Source: Eledone cirrhosa | Taxonomy: Eukaryota | Direction: 5' to 3' | DNA length: 64,000 bases | Assembly: GCA_964016885.1 (NCBI GenBank) | Contig: OZ024753.1 | Span: 14,756,001-14,820,000, forward strand | Shown: positions 51,587 through 64,000 of the stretch, one piece after another | How positions within the stretch are numbered: position 1 is the stretch's first letter | Layout: each line of letters begins with the position of its first letter | The notes under the pieces: generated by a model | Database searches by the model: none | Told to the model about the DNA's origin: nothing | What the model saw: the letters and a program-made list of their open reading frames with translations, nothing else | Made by a program: the position numbers and the translations under genes

Positions 51587-53283
51587 TTATATATATATGT
51601 ATATATATATTTATGTATGTTTATATATGTATATATATATGTATAAGCTATTTTTCTAGACTTGACAAAATAAAGTGTTAGTGTAGATATGATGAACTAA
51701 ATCTCGTCAAGGCAGTGCTACAGCATGGTCTCAGTTTAATAACTGAAACTAGTAAAATACTGTAGTGCCCCAGCATGGCCACAGTCTAATGACTGAAACC
51801 AGTAAAAGATTAAAAGAATATATCATTCTCTCTGAGGCTGAAACAGTTGTGCTAATTTGCTACCTCTGACTTTGAGATAGAAATAAGATTTAAGACGAGC
51901 CAATTCAGCCTGGAGAAGTGATAACAGTTGCACCATGCCATGTTACCATATTCCTTCAGGAGGTCTGAGACTGACAAGAATATGCAAGTTTATAATGAGC
52001 TAGACAACAAGAAAATATAATCCAAAGTAATCTTAGTGAGATTTGGAAACGAAGGGCTGAAGCTATGTAGATAAAGAGAATATTTAAAACTGAAGGTGGA
52101 AGATATACATATAAACATATACTTTTATGTATATACACAAGCATCCATACATACACACACACACACATTTATACATACGTACATGCATACACACACATTT
52201 ATATATATATATATATACACACACATATATATACACACACATATATACACACACATATATATATATACATACACACATATATACATACACACACATATAC
52301 ACACACACATATATATACACACATATACATATACACACACATATATATATACACACACACACATATATATACACACACATATATACACACACATACACAC
52401 ACACACATATACACACATACACACACACACATATACACACACATATATAAATACACATATATACAGACACACACACATATATGTATATACACATACACAC
52501 ATATATACACACAGACACACACATATATATACACACACACATCTATATATACACACAAATATATATATACACGCACATACATATATATATACACACATAT
52601 ATATATACACACATATATATATATATATATAGGGAAAGAGTCAGGATCCTGACGACTGAGCTAAGTATCAACTTACCATTCATTAACACCACACACCACA
52701 CCCCAGACACATCCAAATCTCTTATATATAGTCACACATCACAACACAACCTGATCTCAGTTTGACAATCGCCACAGACGAATGGGAGAAAGTTCTCCAA
52801 CCAAAGTTAACCAGGAATCCTGAAATTCTTCCCACCGAAGTTAACAAAGAACTTACTGGATCTACCAAATCATAATATTTTACCTTACAGGGTCGATAAA
52901 ATAAAGTACCAGTAATGCAATGGGTATTTGCTGGCCTTGTGCCAAACGTAGAAACAATTATTATATTATAAAATTATAAAAGGCGGTGGATTGGCAGTAT
53001 CGGTAGAGGGTTGGATGCCATGCTTTGAAGCATAGAGTTACCTCCCTGTATGCCTGTATGATCTGAGTTCAAATCCCGCCGAGGTTAACTTTGCCTTTCA
53101 TCCTTACGTGGTCGATAAAGTAAAGTACCAGTAATGCACTGGGTAATTGCTGGCCTTGTGCCAAAAGTAGAAACAATTATTATAATATAAAATTAAATCA
53201 AGAAAATTTTTTAACACTACAAGTGAAGTCATTCTTTTCCTTTTTTTCAAATATACCTAACTGTACCAAGGATCTCACACATT

Positions 53284-53319
<36 letters not shown>

Positions 53320-53772
53320 TATATATACATAGATATATATGGTGGCTGCCAACTCGTTTTCGAGTATGACAACTACTTTATATCCATGTAGGAGAACCCC
53401 TACCGATGCGCTGAACGAGTGTGACTTTTTAGTCCAGCCAGCGACTTGAAAACTCTGGTACAAACACTACACTTATGACAATTATTGACACATAGTGCTG
53501 GGCCCATGGTACCATGTGATGACAAGTGCAGAGAGATCTCAAGATATAAAACAATGCCTGTGCCGTGAAGCTTTTATAGTGAGCAAAGGCACTGCACAAA
53601 GCCAGTCCCACTCTCTTAACCAAGATGATATTTACCAAAAAGATATATATATATACATACATATATATATATATATACACATATATACATATATATATAT
53701 ACACATACATATATATATATACACACATACATATATATATATACACACATACATATATATATATACACATAC

Positions 53773-53903
53773 ATAAAGAAAAAGAGATGAAATCGAAAAT
53801 GAAACTGGAGTCTTATTTTTTTTTAAAATATATATATTTATTTGGTATTTTAAAAAAAAATAAGACTCCAGTTGCATTTTCGATTTCATCTCTTTTTCTT
53901 TAT
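53773..53903. repeat. ~130-bp palindrome (family H4)
   Basis: ataaagaaaaagagatgaaatcgaaaatg…gagtcttattttt / aaaaataagactc…cattttcgatttcatctctttttctttat. Confidence 0.85.
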
Positions 53904-54007
53904 ACTTTCACTCGTGTAGGACACCTCGGTTATTTTTCAATTTGTAAAAAGAACCTCACTTTCTAATACACATACATATATATATATATACATACATATA
54001 TATATAT

Positions 54008-54050
<43 letters not shown>

Positions 54051-54207
54051 TATATATATATATACACATACACACACATATATATATATATACACATACA
54101 TACATATATATATACACACATACATACATATATATATACACACATACATACATATATATACACATACATACATATATATATACACACATACATATATATA
54201 TATATAT

Positions 54208-54282
<75 letters not shown>

Positions 54283-54906
54283 CATACATATATATGCACA
54301 TACATACATATATATATATGCACATATATATATATATATATACATATGAAAAAGTTTGTCCTCATCAGTGGCCATCCAACCGTCGTAGGCATTTCGTCGC
54401 ATTAAAGACCATATACCTCAGGTTGGTGCGAGCAACGGCTAAAAGAAAGCGTTGGGACACGTAAATAAAGGGGACGCTAGGGTAAACAAACAAAATGGTT
54501 TAAGCAGCAGAAAGAGAGGAAGAAGGAAACAAGTCCCAGATTTCTATGAATATAAATTCGGTGGAATCGTGAACGAAAGAATAAAGACCATCAAACCTGG
54601 TTGAAATGTGAGCAAGGAAGGAATTTCGCACATGTAACCCATTTGCAGCGCCGCAGCTCCATTATTATCATATATATACATACATATATATATATGCACA
54701 TACATACATATATATACACATACATATATATATACACACACATGGAGGGCATCCAGCTGTAGAAATCAGGCCAGAATCAGTTCCTGTCCCACCCTTGCAA
54801 GCAGGGAAAAGCGGACGTAAAATGAAATGAAATGAATGAATGAATACATATATATATATATACAGATACATGTATATATATATATGTACACATATGTGTA
54901 TATATA

Positions 54907-56485
54907 TCATCATCATCATCACTCGTCGACTACTGTTGAGATGATGGATCTCACTCGCATGCCCCAGAATCCGCTGTCCCCCATCGCTGCCCCCAGGTCC
55001 TGTCTGCTGATTCCCGTATCCCTAGAGATAATGTCAGGGAATGACAGCTTCCTACTCCTAGTCAGGCTGGAGTCAGGGTTCCAGAGCAAGAGAGCAGATA
55101 TGATTTCATTGCTGGCATGGTGACAGTGGCCAGCAAATTGAGCTCTCCAGGATTTTAGAAGTGCAGAGTCTCGAGGGAGTTTGCCATAGATTTTAGACAA
55201 GGTGGGATGTCGTTTCCAGGATAGGTTTTGCACTGTCATTAAGAGGCGGGTATATGTGCCATCCAATCACCTCTCAAGTTGTGATGTTAGTGTCCAAGTT
55301 TCGGATCCATAAAATAATATGGGCTTAATAGTTGCTTGGAATATTTCCAGTTTTAGCTTGTTGGTAAGTTGAGATGTCCATATGGCATGCATGTGATTGC
55401 ACGCTGACCATGCCATACCCTTCCTGGTTAGAAAATCTTTTTTGGAGAAGGAGATATATGAGCCAAGATACTTGTAATCTTCCACCTGCTTAAGGGTGGT
55501 ACCATTAAGGGTTCTGATGGGGTAGTTTGGGCTATTTGCGCATCTGTTCACACACTCAGTCTTGGATTCGTTGAGGTACAGTCCAACACAGTTGGACGCT
55601 TGCTCTAATGACTTCAAAAGACTCTCAGCATTTTCCAGTGACCGACTGATCAATGCGATGTCGTCAGCAAAGTCGGTGTCGGTCAAGTATTTTGCTGGGT
55701 AGCGTGAGCTTCTCCTAGGCTGTAGTTGGTATCCCCTATCCTGAATCCTATCCACAGACATGCGCAAAACATAATCCACAACAATGATAAATAGATACGG
55801 AGCAAGGATATCGCCCTGTAAAATTCCAGCGAGGATTGAGAAAGGTGGTGTTTCCCCATCTGGGGTCAGGACAGTTGATTTGGTATCTGTATACATTACA
55901 CGTATGGCCGCGATGATTTTATCAGGAATCCCATAGAGTTGTAGAATTTCAAACATCCCCGACCTGTCAACTGAGTCGAAGGCCTTTGAAAAATCAACAA
56001 AGATGAGTGCAAGGTCTAGATTGCGGTTTTGGGACTCCTCTATAAGTCGGCGAAGGCAGAGAATCTGGCTAAGTGTTGATCTACCTCTCCTAAATCCATT
56101 CTGGTTGTTACGAAGGATTGGCTCAAGAAATGGGATTAAGCGGTTAAGAAGAAGCTTGTTGTATATTTTTGCAGCAATTGCCATGAGAGAAATTCCTCTA
56201 TAATTGGTGGCTAAAGAAAGATCTCCTTTTTGGGGCATGGGGATAATTTGAGCTGCATGCCAGATGCTAGGTGGTTTATTGGTCTCGAAAGTATGGTTAC
56301 ATAAGTTGAGCAAAAGGATGTGGAAATGCTCATCCTTCCAAATCAGGGTAGGTATATTATCCGGCCCAAAGGCTTTTGAGGCTTTGAGCTGTTTGATGGC
56401 TTCTTTGAGCTCAGGCATGGTGAAAGGAGAGGTGTTGATTCCTAAAGGCTCTGAAACCTGAACGGATGGCAGTTGATAGTTATCA
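54907..56485 (-). mobile_element. 5'-truncated LINE of a distinct RTE-related family (RT domain, frameshift near the C-terminus)
   Basis: KAFGPDNIP, NYRGISL, QNGFRRGRST, FVDFSKAFDSV, GILQGD, FADDIAL, YKYLGS and FYGSETW. Continues in ORF 54919-55266. Ends in a (GAT)n tail. No Cys-rich insert. Confidence 0.92.
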
Positions 56486-56667
56486 GATATATATATATAT
56501 ACACACATACATACATATATGTATATATACACACATACATACATATATGTATATATACACACATATATATATACACACACATACATATATATACACATAT
56601 ATATATATACACACACACACACATACATATATATGTATATATATATCTATATATATATAGACATATA

Positions 56668-57063
56668 TATCATCATCATCGTTTAACGTCCATATTCCAC
56701 GCTTGCATGGGTTTGGACGAGAGTTTTCCCACTTGAGGCAAGAGTGGTTGTCTTGCTCGCATAGGACTGTCTGGCGGGTTTTCTATGGCTGGATGCCCTT
56801 CCTAACACCAACCACATTTACAGTGTGGAACTGGGAGGTTTTTACCGTGTTACCTACACGGCCACATTACAGCGTGGACAGTGTGTTTTTTTGTCGTGAC
56901 ACCTACACGACCTCATTTGTTTCGGCCTGGATGTTGTGGTACCAACATAACTTTACATTGAAAGGGGCAGTGTGGATGCGGTGGGGGTAGTGGGACGAGG
57001 TTGTATTTTGTTAGAGGTATCTACTGACTGTAGTAGGTTTTACTTTGTATTTAGGTAAGGCGG
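56668..57063 (-). mobile_element. RTE family A 3' UTR-only insertion
   Basis: Matches 14868-15278 and 42870-43385. Confidence 0.88.
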
Positions 57064-57115
57064 TGAATCTTTTGAAATTTATTTTGATTCACTATTTCAA
57101 AAGATTTACTATGGT

Positions 57116-57202
57116 TACTTTACCGAAACGGTTTCGAGTCTCAAAAATAAATGGATAGTCCTTGTGGGCCTCCATTGAAAAAATAAACTCTTGTCAGAAG
57201 GT
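57116..57202 (-). ncRNA. Degenerate hammerhead motif with long stem II (family H6)
   Basis: Minus strand reads ctt-CTGACAA-gagtt…gactc-GAAA-ccg(ttt)cgg-TA-aag. G8 is changed to A, consistent with CpG decay. A palindrome at 57482-57615 lies at the 5' end of the same non-microsatellite block. Confidence 0.5.
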
Positions 57203-58433
57203 TCTTTTCACTCGGAGAATATAAAATTCCCGAGTTCCGGTTACGAACTGGCACTATTCAAAATTGTTCCCGAGATGAGAATGAATGATGTTGAAGCAAT
57301 TCTGTCCAGTGCCGTGTGCAAAGATAGAAGGCAGAGGCAGGGAGGTCAATCTACTACCACTATAAATAGCAGCAGTAAAAACGACCAAATTTTATCTCGA
57401 CCAGGGGGAGTTGACAACTCAGGGTAGACCCTTACAATTAAATAGCTCTAAGAAAAAAGCTTTTCCGAGCCGTACAATATGATTGAATAAACAAGTGAGA
57501 TGAACACTAATATAAACATACATATGTTCGAATCGTAACACATGTGTATTAGTGTATGTTACGATTCAAACACATGTATGTTTATATTAGTGTTCATCTC
57601 TCTTGTTTATTCAATTATACATACATATATATATATATACATACATATGTATATGTCATATTGGTTAGAAAGTTAGATTCATAATCGTGAGGTTGTGAGT
57701 TCGTTTCCCACACAGGCTGATGTGTTATGTCCTTGAGCAAGACACTTTATTTCATGTTCCTTCTACCTGGAGTTGCGACCGATAGACATTATTAGCAATT
57801 CGACGCCATGCTCTCCAGCATGATTACGTCCCTTTACGATCTCAGTTCAAATCCCGTTGAGGTTAACTTTGCCTTTCATCCTTACAGGGTCGATAAAATA
57901 AAATACCAGTAATGTACTGAGATAATTGCTGGCCTTGTGCCAAAATTAGAAACAATTATTAGCAATTGGATAGACCAATGGAAATATTGTTTCCTCTGTC
58001 TGATTTGATGAAAGTCCATCGACTGTCAATACAAACATATGTATACATATATACTTTCTTTGAAACATACTAGGGGTATCAACTTTTTATGACAATTAAT
58101 CGGCATCAGCCTATTTCGCTGAATAATTGATTTAAAAAATCGTCCATCATTGCTTAGCTTATAGAAAGATCATTATCGTGGATATTTTTTGTTTATTGAT
58201 CTTTTAAAAATGAATTAAGTAAAAACTAAAAAGTTTCCGATTAGATGTTGATTTTCATGCATTCAAAGATTGCTTTTTGATTTAGGCACAGGGCTAACAG
58301 TTTTGGGGGAGGTTACTTATTTTGAGAACAATACCTTAACATCAGTATGAGGGGCCGGTTACAGCCTGTTTGAACAGAAAGAAGTGAGATAATTCTGACC
58401 AGATAAGGCTAGTTTAAATGCTAAAGGGTTAAA

Positions 58434-58820
58434 CAGCTGGAGAGAAATGAAGCAAGCATGCTCCGTTGGATGTGCAATGTCAACGTGCGTGAATGACCAA
58501 GCATAGACGAGTTGAGAGGGAAACTGTGTGTAAGAGGGATAAGTTGTAGTGTGCGGGAGAGGAGACCGAGATGGTATGGACATGTGATGTGCATGGAGGA
58601 TGACCGCTGGGTAAAGAAGTACCAAGAAATCCCAGCAGAAGGAAGGCACAGTACAGGAAGACCACGAAAATCATGGGCGGAGGTGGTGAGAGCAGACCTC
58701 AGATCACTGAAGCTCATGGAGGAGATGACGAAGGACCATGACAAATGGAGAGATGCTGTGCTGAAGAGGACCCATCCCACCCTTGCAAGCAGGGAAAAGC
58801 GGACAAAAAATGATGATAAT
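58434..58820 (+). mobile_element. RTE family C 3' fragment
   Basis: RERRPRWYGHVMCMEDDRWVKK…GRPRKSW…, with the same tail as 10670-10725. Confidence 0.88.
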
Positions 58821-59964
58821 GAATGATCTAATCACAGAGCTCATATATTTTAATGTAAAATTTCCCTAATTTTGTCATCATGCACTCTTAAATAGTAGTT
58901 CCATAGCTGTGATTGGTTCAGAAATATTACAGTACATTACTTACAATTATATGTAGTTTCATATCATCATATATAATTACATTATATATAATCATCAGCC
59001 AATTAAGTAGTAATCAGCATATTTTCTCTTCAATACATCCTTAATACACACACACACACATGCACACACAAACATACTCACACACACTTGCACACACACA
59101 CACACACATACACACACACATGGGCACATGTATATGCACATGCACAGACACACACAGCCACATGCACACACACACACACTGACACACACACATTCATATA
59201 TGCTCACACATGCACAGACACACACACACCCACCCACTTGACTCCACACACATATACACAGATATCTATATAAAAGAAAATCAAAATCTGCTCCAAACAT
59301 AGTAAACAAGGTTTCCAAGCCACTTTCCAAATCTAAACTATAATAAAGTAAGGAGCGCAAGACTGCGTCCAGAATATATATTTTAACCCCGTTTGTAAAA
59401 TAAGTTGGATTACTTTGAATAAATAATTGTTTCTACTTTTGGCACAAGGCCAGCAATAACCCATTGCATTACTGGTATTTTATTTTATCGACCCCGTAAG
59501 GATGAAAGGCAAAGTTAACCTCAGCTGGATTTGAATTCAGAATGGCAAGGGCCATAACTATGCGTCAAAGCATGGTGTCCAACCCTCTACCGATATTGCC
59601 AATCCATGAATAAATAATTGTTTCTACTTTAGGCACAAGGCCAGCAATTACTCCAGTTCATTACTGGTACTTTATTTTATCGACCCCGTAAGGATGAACG
59701 GCAAAGTTAACCTCGGCGGGATTTGAACTCAGAATGGCAAGGGCCGTAACTCTATGCATCAAAGCATGGCATCTGACCCTCTACCGATACTGCCAATCCA
59801 CCTCCATGAATGAATAAATAATGAATGGGTATTACATAATTTATCTACTCAATTTCGTAGCAAATGATTAATCATAAATAATTTTATTGCATATTTCAAG
59901 ATTCACTTCTTTTAAAGGATTCAAATTTCAATACTTCCGGTATATCGCCACAACCATCACCACC

Positions 59965-60014
<50 letters not shown>

Positions 60015-60171
60015 AGAGAGAGTGTGTGAAGTGAGAGATACAAAGTGACTATGTGACAGATATATATATATATATATATATAACTAGATAGTGAAATAGA
60101 ACTTCCGCTGTTTGTAAACAAAGCTAATTTTCAAAACAACGCTATATATTATATATATGTATATATATATA

Positions 60172-60698
60172 TAAATATAGGTATGTACACGTACATACAT
60201 ATATGTATACCGACGTACAGTAGTATATATATATATACATACATGCACACATATATATATGCACGTATGGATTCACCGAACATTTATTATAATGCTCGGT
60301 GTGTTTGTAAACAAACATCCCATATCGAGTGGGTTAATCGGTGCACCCGGCCGATTAACCCACTCAATATGCAAATTGGGCTACTCAGCCGTTAATATGC
60401 ATAAGGTAAGTATATACGTTCAACAATCTGGCAGGAAGGTATACGTTGCTGACGATAGCTAGCAAGCTTGAAACTAGTACAGCGTTCCTTTGTCAGTGTT
60501 GAACAAACGAGCAACGGTGGTTGCTAGACACTACGGCTTAATACGGGATGTTTGTTTACAAACACACCGAGCATTATAATAAATGTTCGGTGAATCCATA
60601 CGTGCATATATATATGTGTGCATGTATGTATATATATATATACATACTACTGTACGTCGGTATACATATATGTATGTACGTGTACATACTTATATTTA
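60172..60698. repeat. Inverted-repeat element (~150-bp arms, ~225-bp spacer) enclosing a hammerhead ribozyme
   Basis: Arms 60172-60321 and 60545-60698 are near-perfect reverse complements, including non-microsatellite sequence. Confidence 0.92.
60443..60485 (+). ncRNA. Minimal type I hammerhead ribozyme (family H7)
   Basis: acgttg-CTGACGA-t-agct(agca)agct-t-GAAA-ctag-TA-cagcgt. 6-bp stem I, palindromic stem III (ACTAGT), GUA cleavage triplet. Confidence 0.82.
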
Positions 60699-60756
60699 AG
60701 TAACAGCCGTACTAAGAGTGGGAAATGAAATATCGTTTCATTTTTTCATTTTTTCC

Positions 60757-60821
<65 letters not shown>

Positions 60822-60999
60822 TGAAGAGTTTAGGATATTTTTCAATGCGTTGACGTGTATGTATGTGTGTATGTGTGCATATGTGTACGTGCGTATGTGC
60901 ATATACATACATTACAAGCAGGTAACACACACATCTAGGACCACATTCAACACATAAGTAGGTAATACACACATCCAGGACCAAATACAACAAACGACA

Positions 61000-61510
61000 G
61001 GAGAAAGTGGTGGACAAACGAGCTACTACCAGAGCAAAAGATAACAATATTGCAGGGACCACTGGGAAACCTCTCTAATAATTTTTGAGGCAAGCCACTA
61101 CACTCGCAGCGTTACCTCGGGTGAAGGCGAGGCTGAGCTACTGGAACAACCAAGCCTTCACGAGCTTGACCAATTACCTCTGTTAGGCAAGCAGCCAGTG
61201 AAGATAAGAATCTCGCAGTCAGTAGCCCGACTTCTCCAAACGTCTCGAACGCCATAGGCTGGAAAATGCAGTTAGCCAACAGTATTTTAGGATTTTGTTC
61301 TGTTCAGCTGCAGATGCTGTTGCTCTCGCCCTTACTGCTGCATCCAGGATGTGGGAAGAAGCAAAAGAGTCACTAACTGTGATGTCCCAGACAAGACATC
61401 TGCCTCTTGACCAGGAGCACAGGGTAAGATCGACAGGTCTTTTCCCATCAATTCTGGACAACCCAGACGGTTTCAAAATTGAGGGGATAGGGTTAGGGTT
61501 AGGCCAAAGC
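61000..61510 (-). mobile_element. 3' fragment of a CRE-clade non-LTR retrotransposon (restriction-like endonuclease region)
   Basis: PSILKPSGLSRIDGKRPVDLTLCSWSRGRCLVWDITVSDSFASSH…AAEQNKILKY resembles the RPDG…W..G..L.WD.T RLE motif. Confidence 0.72.
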
Positions 61511-63196
61511 TCTTCAGAGGTAATAGAATAGTGTGTGTATGTTCGCGTGCGTGAGTTTGTCGGCATTCTTAAATTGGAGACGTGTGTGTCCTATATATAT
61601 GTGTGTGTGTGTGTGTATGTGTCACCGTTTTTAAGTTAGAGACATATATGTGTGTATGCCCTTCCTTCCTTTTACACACACATTTTGTGATGGACGGATG
61701 GACAGAAGTCGCTCAAATTTATATACATGCGAATGGAGTTCCACTGAAGCAGCTGGAGAAGTTCAAGTATCATGATGGAAGGCAGGAGGCTGAATTAATT
61801 GCAAGAATTTCAAAAGCTGATGCAGTAATGCGCCAGCTTCAGCATTCAGTAATCCAAACTCGCTGTCTTCCTGGTATTTCTGTCAACCCTTATTGAGGGT
61901 CACGAATCTTGGGTAATGACCGAAAGAATACAATTGCAAATACAAACGGCAGAAATGGGGTTCCTCAGAAGAGTCTTTGGAGTAACGTTACTCGATAAAG
62001 AGCAAAGAGCATAGCTCAGAGATCAGAGAGTCACTCCTGGTAGAGCCGCTACTTCTCCAGATTGAGAGATCACAGCTCTGATACAATGGGCATGAGGTTA
62101 GAATGTCTCGGGAAAGAATCGCTGGACAGATTTTACAGGCAAAACCAAGTAGCAGGAGACCCAGAGGTAGACTCTGAGCAAGATGGTTGGATAACATCCA
62201 TGAGCTTGGCTGGTCACGCTTTGGGATCCGGCTGGATCAGTTAGAGATGTTTGCTTCTGACAGACTCGCTGGAAGTAGTGTTTGAGGAGGGCTCTGCTCC
62301 CACAACCGTCTCAGAAATAAGTGGGTGAAGAAGAAGATATTGTCAATTTACTTTTAGCAGAAAACCGCCCACGGGGCGGTTTTTCTGTTAGTATTAGATA
62401 ATTGTTTCTACTTTAGGCACAAGGCCAGCAAATTACCCAGTGCATTACTGGTACTTTATTTTATCGACCCCGTAAGGATGAAAGGCAAAGTCAACCTCGG
62501 CGGGATTTGAACTCAGATCGTAAAGGGACGTAACTATGCTGGAAAGCATGGCGTCCGACCCTCCACCGATAATGATTAATGATTTATCAAATCTTCAAAG
62601 GGTCAACTTTACTCTACCACTACAGAATACCAAACATCTAATTTCTCTTCCCATCATTCTCTACAAGCTTTCTCCTGATCAACAATACCCCCCCCCTCCC
62701 CCAGGTTCTTTCTCTCATCCTTCTAATTCTGGAATGTCTAATTATTAAAATATTACCATATTTGAAATGGTTAATTAGTTTAATTAAGACAGACATTCCT
62801 CATCAGCAAACATTTGCCATCATCATCATTGTTTAATGACATGATATCCCATTGTGAGGCAACCCGACCGCCATTTGCTCAGACAGAACTGATTTTGGCT
62901 TCGGTTCTATAGCTAGATGCCCTTCCTCACACCAACCACATTTACAGCGTGAACCGGGTGCTTTTGTCCTGACAGCTACATGACCACTTTACAGTGGATG
63001 CAGGGTGTTAGGAAGAGGATCCAGCCATAGTAAGCCTGCCAGATACAGTCCTATATGAGCGAGACACAGTCACCCAACCAATCTTGTCTCAAGTGGGACA
63101 ATTCCCGTCTAACCCATGCTAGCGGGGAAGATAGACGTTAAACGATATATACATAAATATATATACACACATATATATATATATATATATATAGAC

Positions 63197-63229
<33 letters not shown>

Positions 63230-63262
63230 TATAGACATATATATATATATATATATATAGAC

Positions 63263-63295
<33 letters not shown>

Positions 63296-63305
63296 TATAG
63301 ACATA

Positions 63306-63355
<50 letters not shown>

Positions 63356-63444
63356 CACATATATATATATCCAGATATATATATACACACACATATATAT
63401 ATATATATACATATATATAGACATATACAGATATATATATACAC

Positions 63445-63487
<43 letters not shown>

Positions 63488-63842
63488 CATATACATATAT
63501 ATATATATATATACATATATATAGACACATATATATATATACATATATATACACACATATATATAAACATATATATACACACATATATATAAATATATAT
63601 ATACACATATATATATATACACATATATATATATACATATATATATGTATATACATACATATGTATATACATACATATATATATACACACATATATATAC
63701 ATATATACATACACATATATATAACACATATATATATATACATATATACATACATACATATCATCATCATTTATTTTACGTCCGCTTTTCCCTGCTTGCA
63801 AGGGTGTGACCGTATATAAATACATACATATATATATATACA

Positions 63843-63875
<33 letters not shown>

Positions 63876-64000
63876 GCATACATATACATACATACACATA
63901 CATACATACACACACACACATATATTATATATATATATAACATACATATGTTTGACATTAGATCCTATCATTTCATTGTGCTATTGTGTCATGTATATTC

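Noticed and set aside
62355-62391. GC-rich hairpin followed by T-rich sequence, resembling a bacterial intrinsic terminator
   Set aside because: Eukaryotic intronic context. It may be a Helitron-type 3' hairpin remnant, but there is no further support.

Overview
AT-rich eukaryotic (animal) genomic DNA, most likely a cephalopod such as Octopus. That assignment is inferred from the tRNA-derived SINEs with CORE-like and Nin/Deu-like domains, the RTE LINEs and the very dense (TA)n/(CA)n microsatellites. The only host gene I can support is a small-conductance Ca2+-activated K+ channel (SK/KCNN) on the minus strand. Two exons are visible: 50325-49913 (S3-S5) and 1490-1355 (pore loop, GYGD filter, start of S6), joined in frame across a ~48.4 kb GT-AG intron. 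The rest is intronic repeat DNA: several RTE-clade LINE families (one near full length with a single in-frame stop, and a PHD-like finger downstream of the RT core), two SINE families, Tc1/mariner, hAT and piggyBac-type MITEs, a CRE-clade fragment, TE-derived minisatellites and long simple repeats. The most interesting signal does not appear in the ORF track. About a dozen hammerhead-ribozyme motifs (CUGANGA...GAAA...UH) from several unrelated sequence families sit in short non-coding elements inserted in TA microsatellites. Many are part of near-perfect 130-530 bp fold-back palindromes, some of which pivot on the ribozyme itself. This looks like a community of non-autonomous Penelope-like or retrozyme-like elements loading an ion-channel pre-mRNA with self-cleaving motifs and long dsRNA. 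Most short ORFs in the supplied track are microsatellite artefacts. Coordinates of repeats were read by eye and may be off by a few bases.
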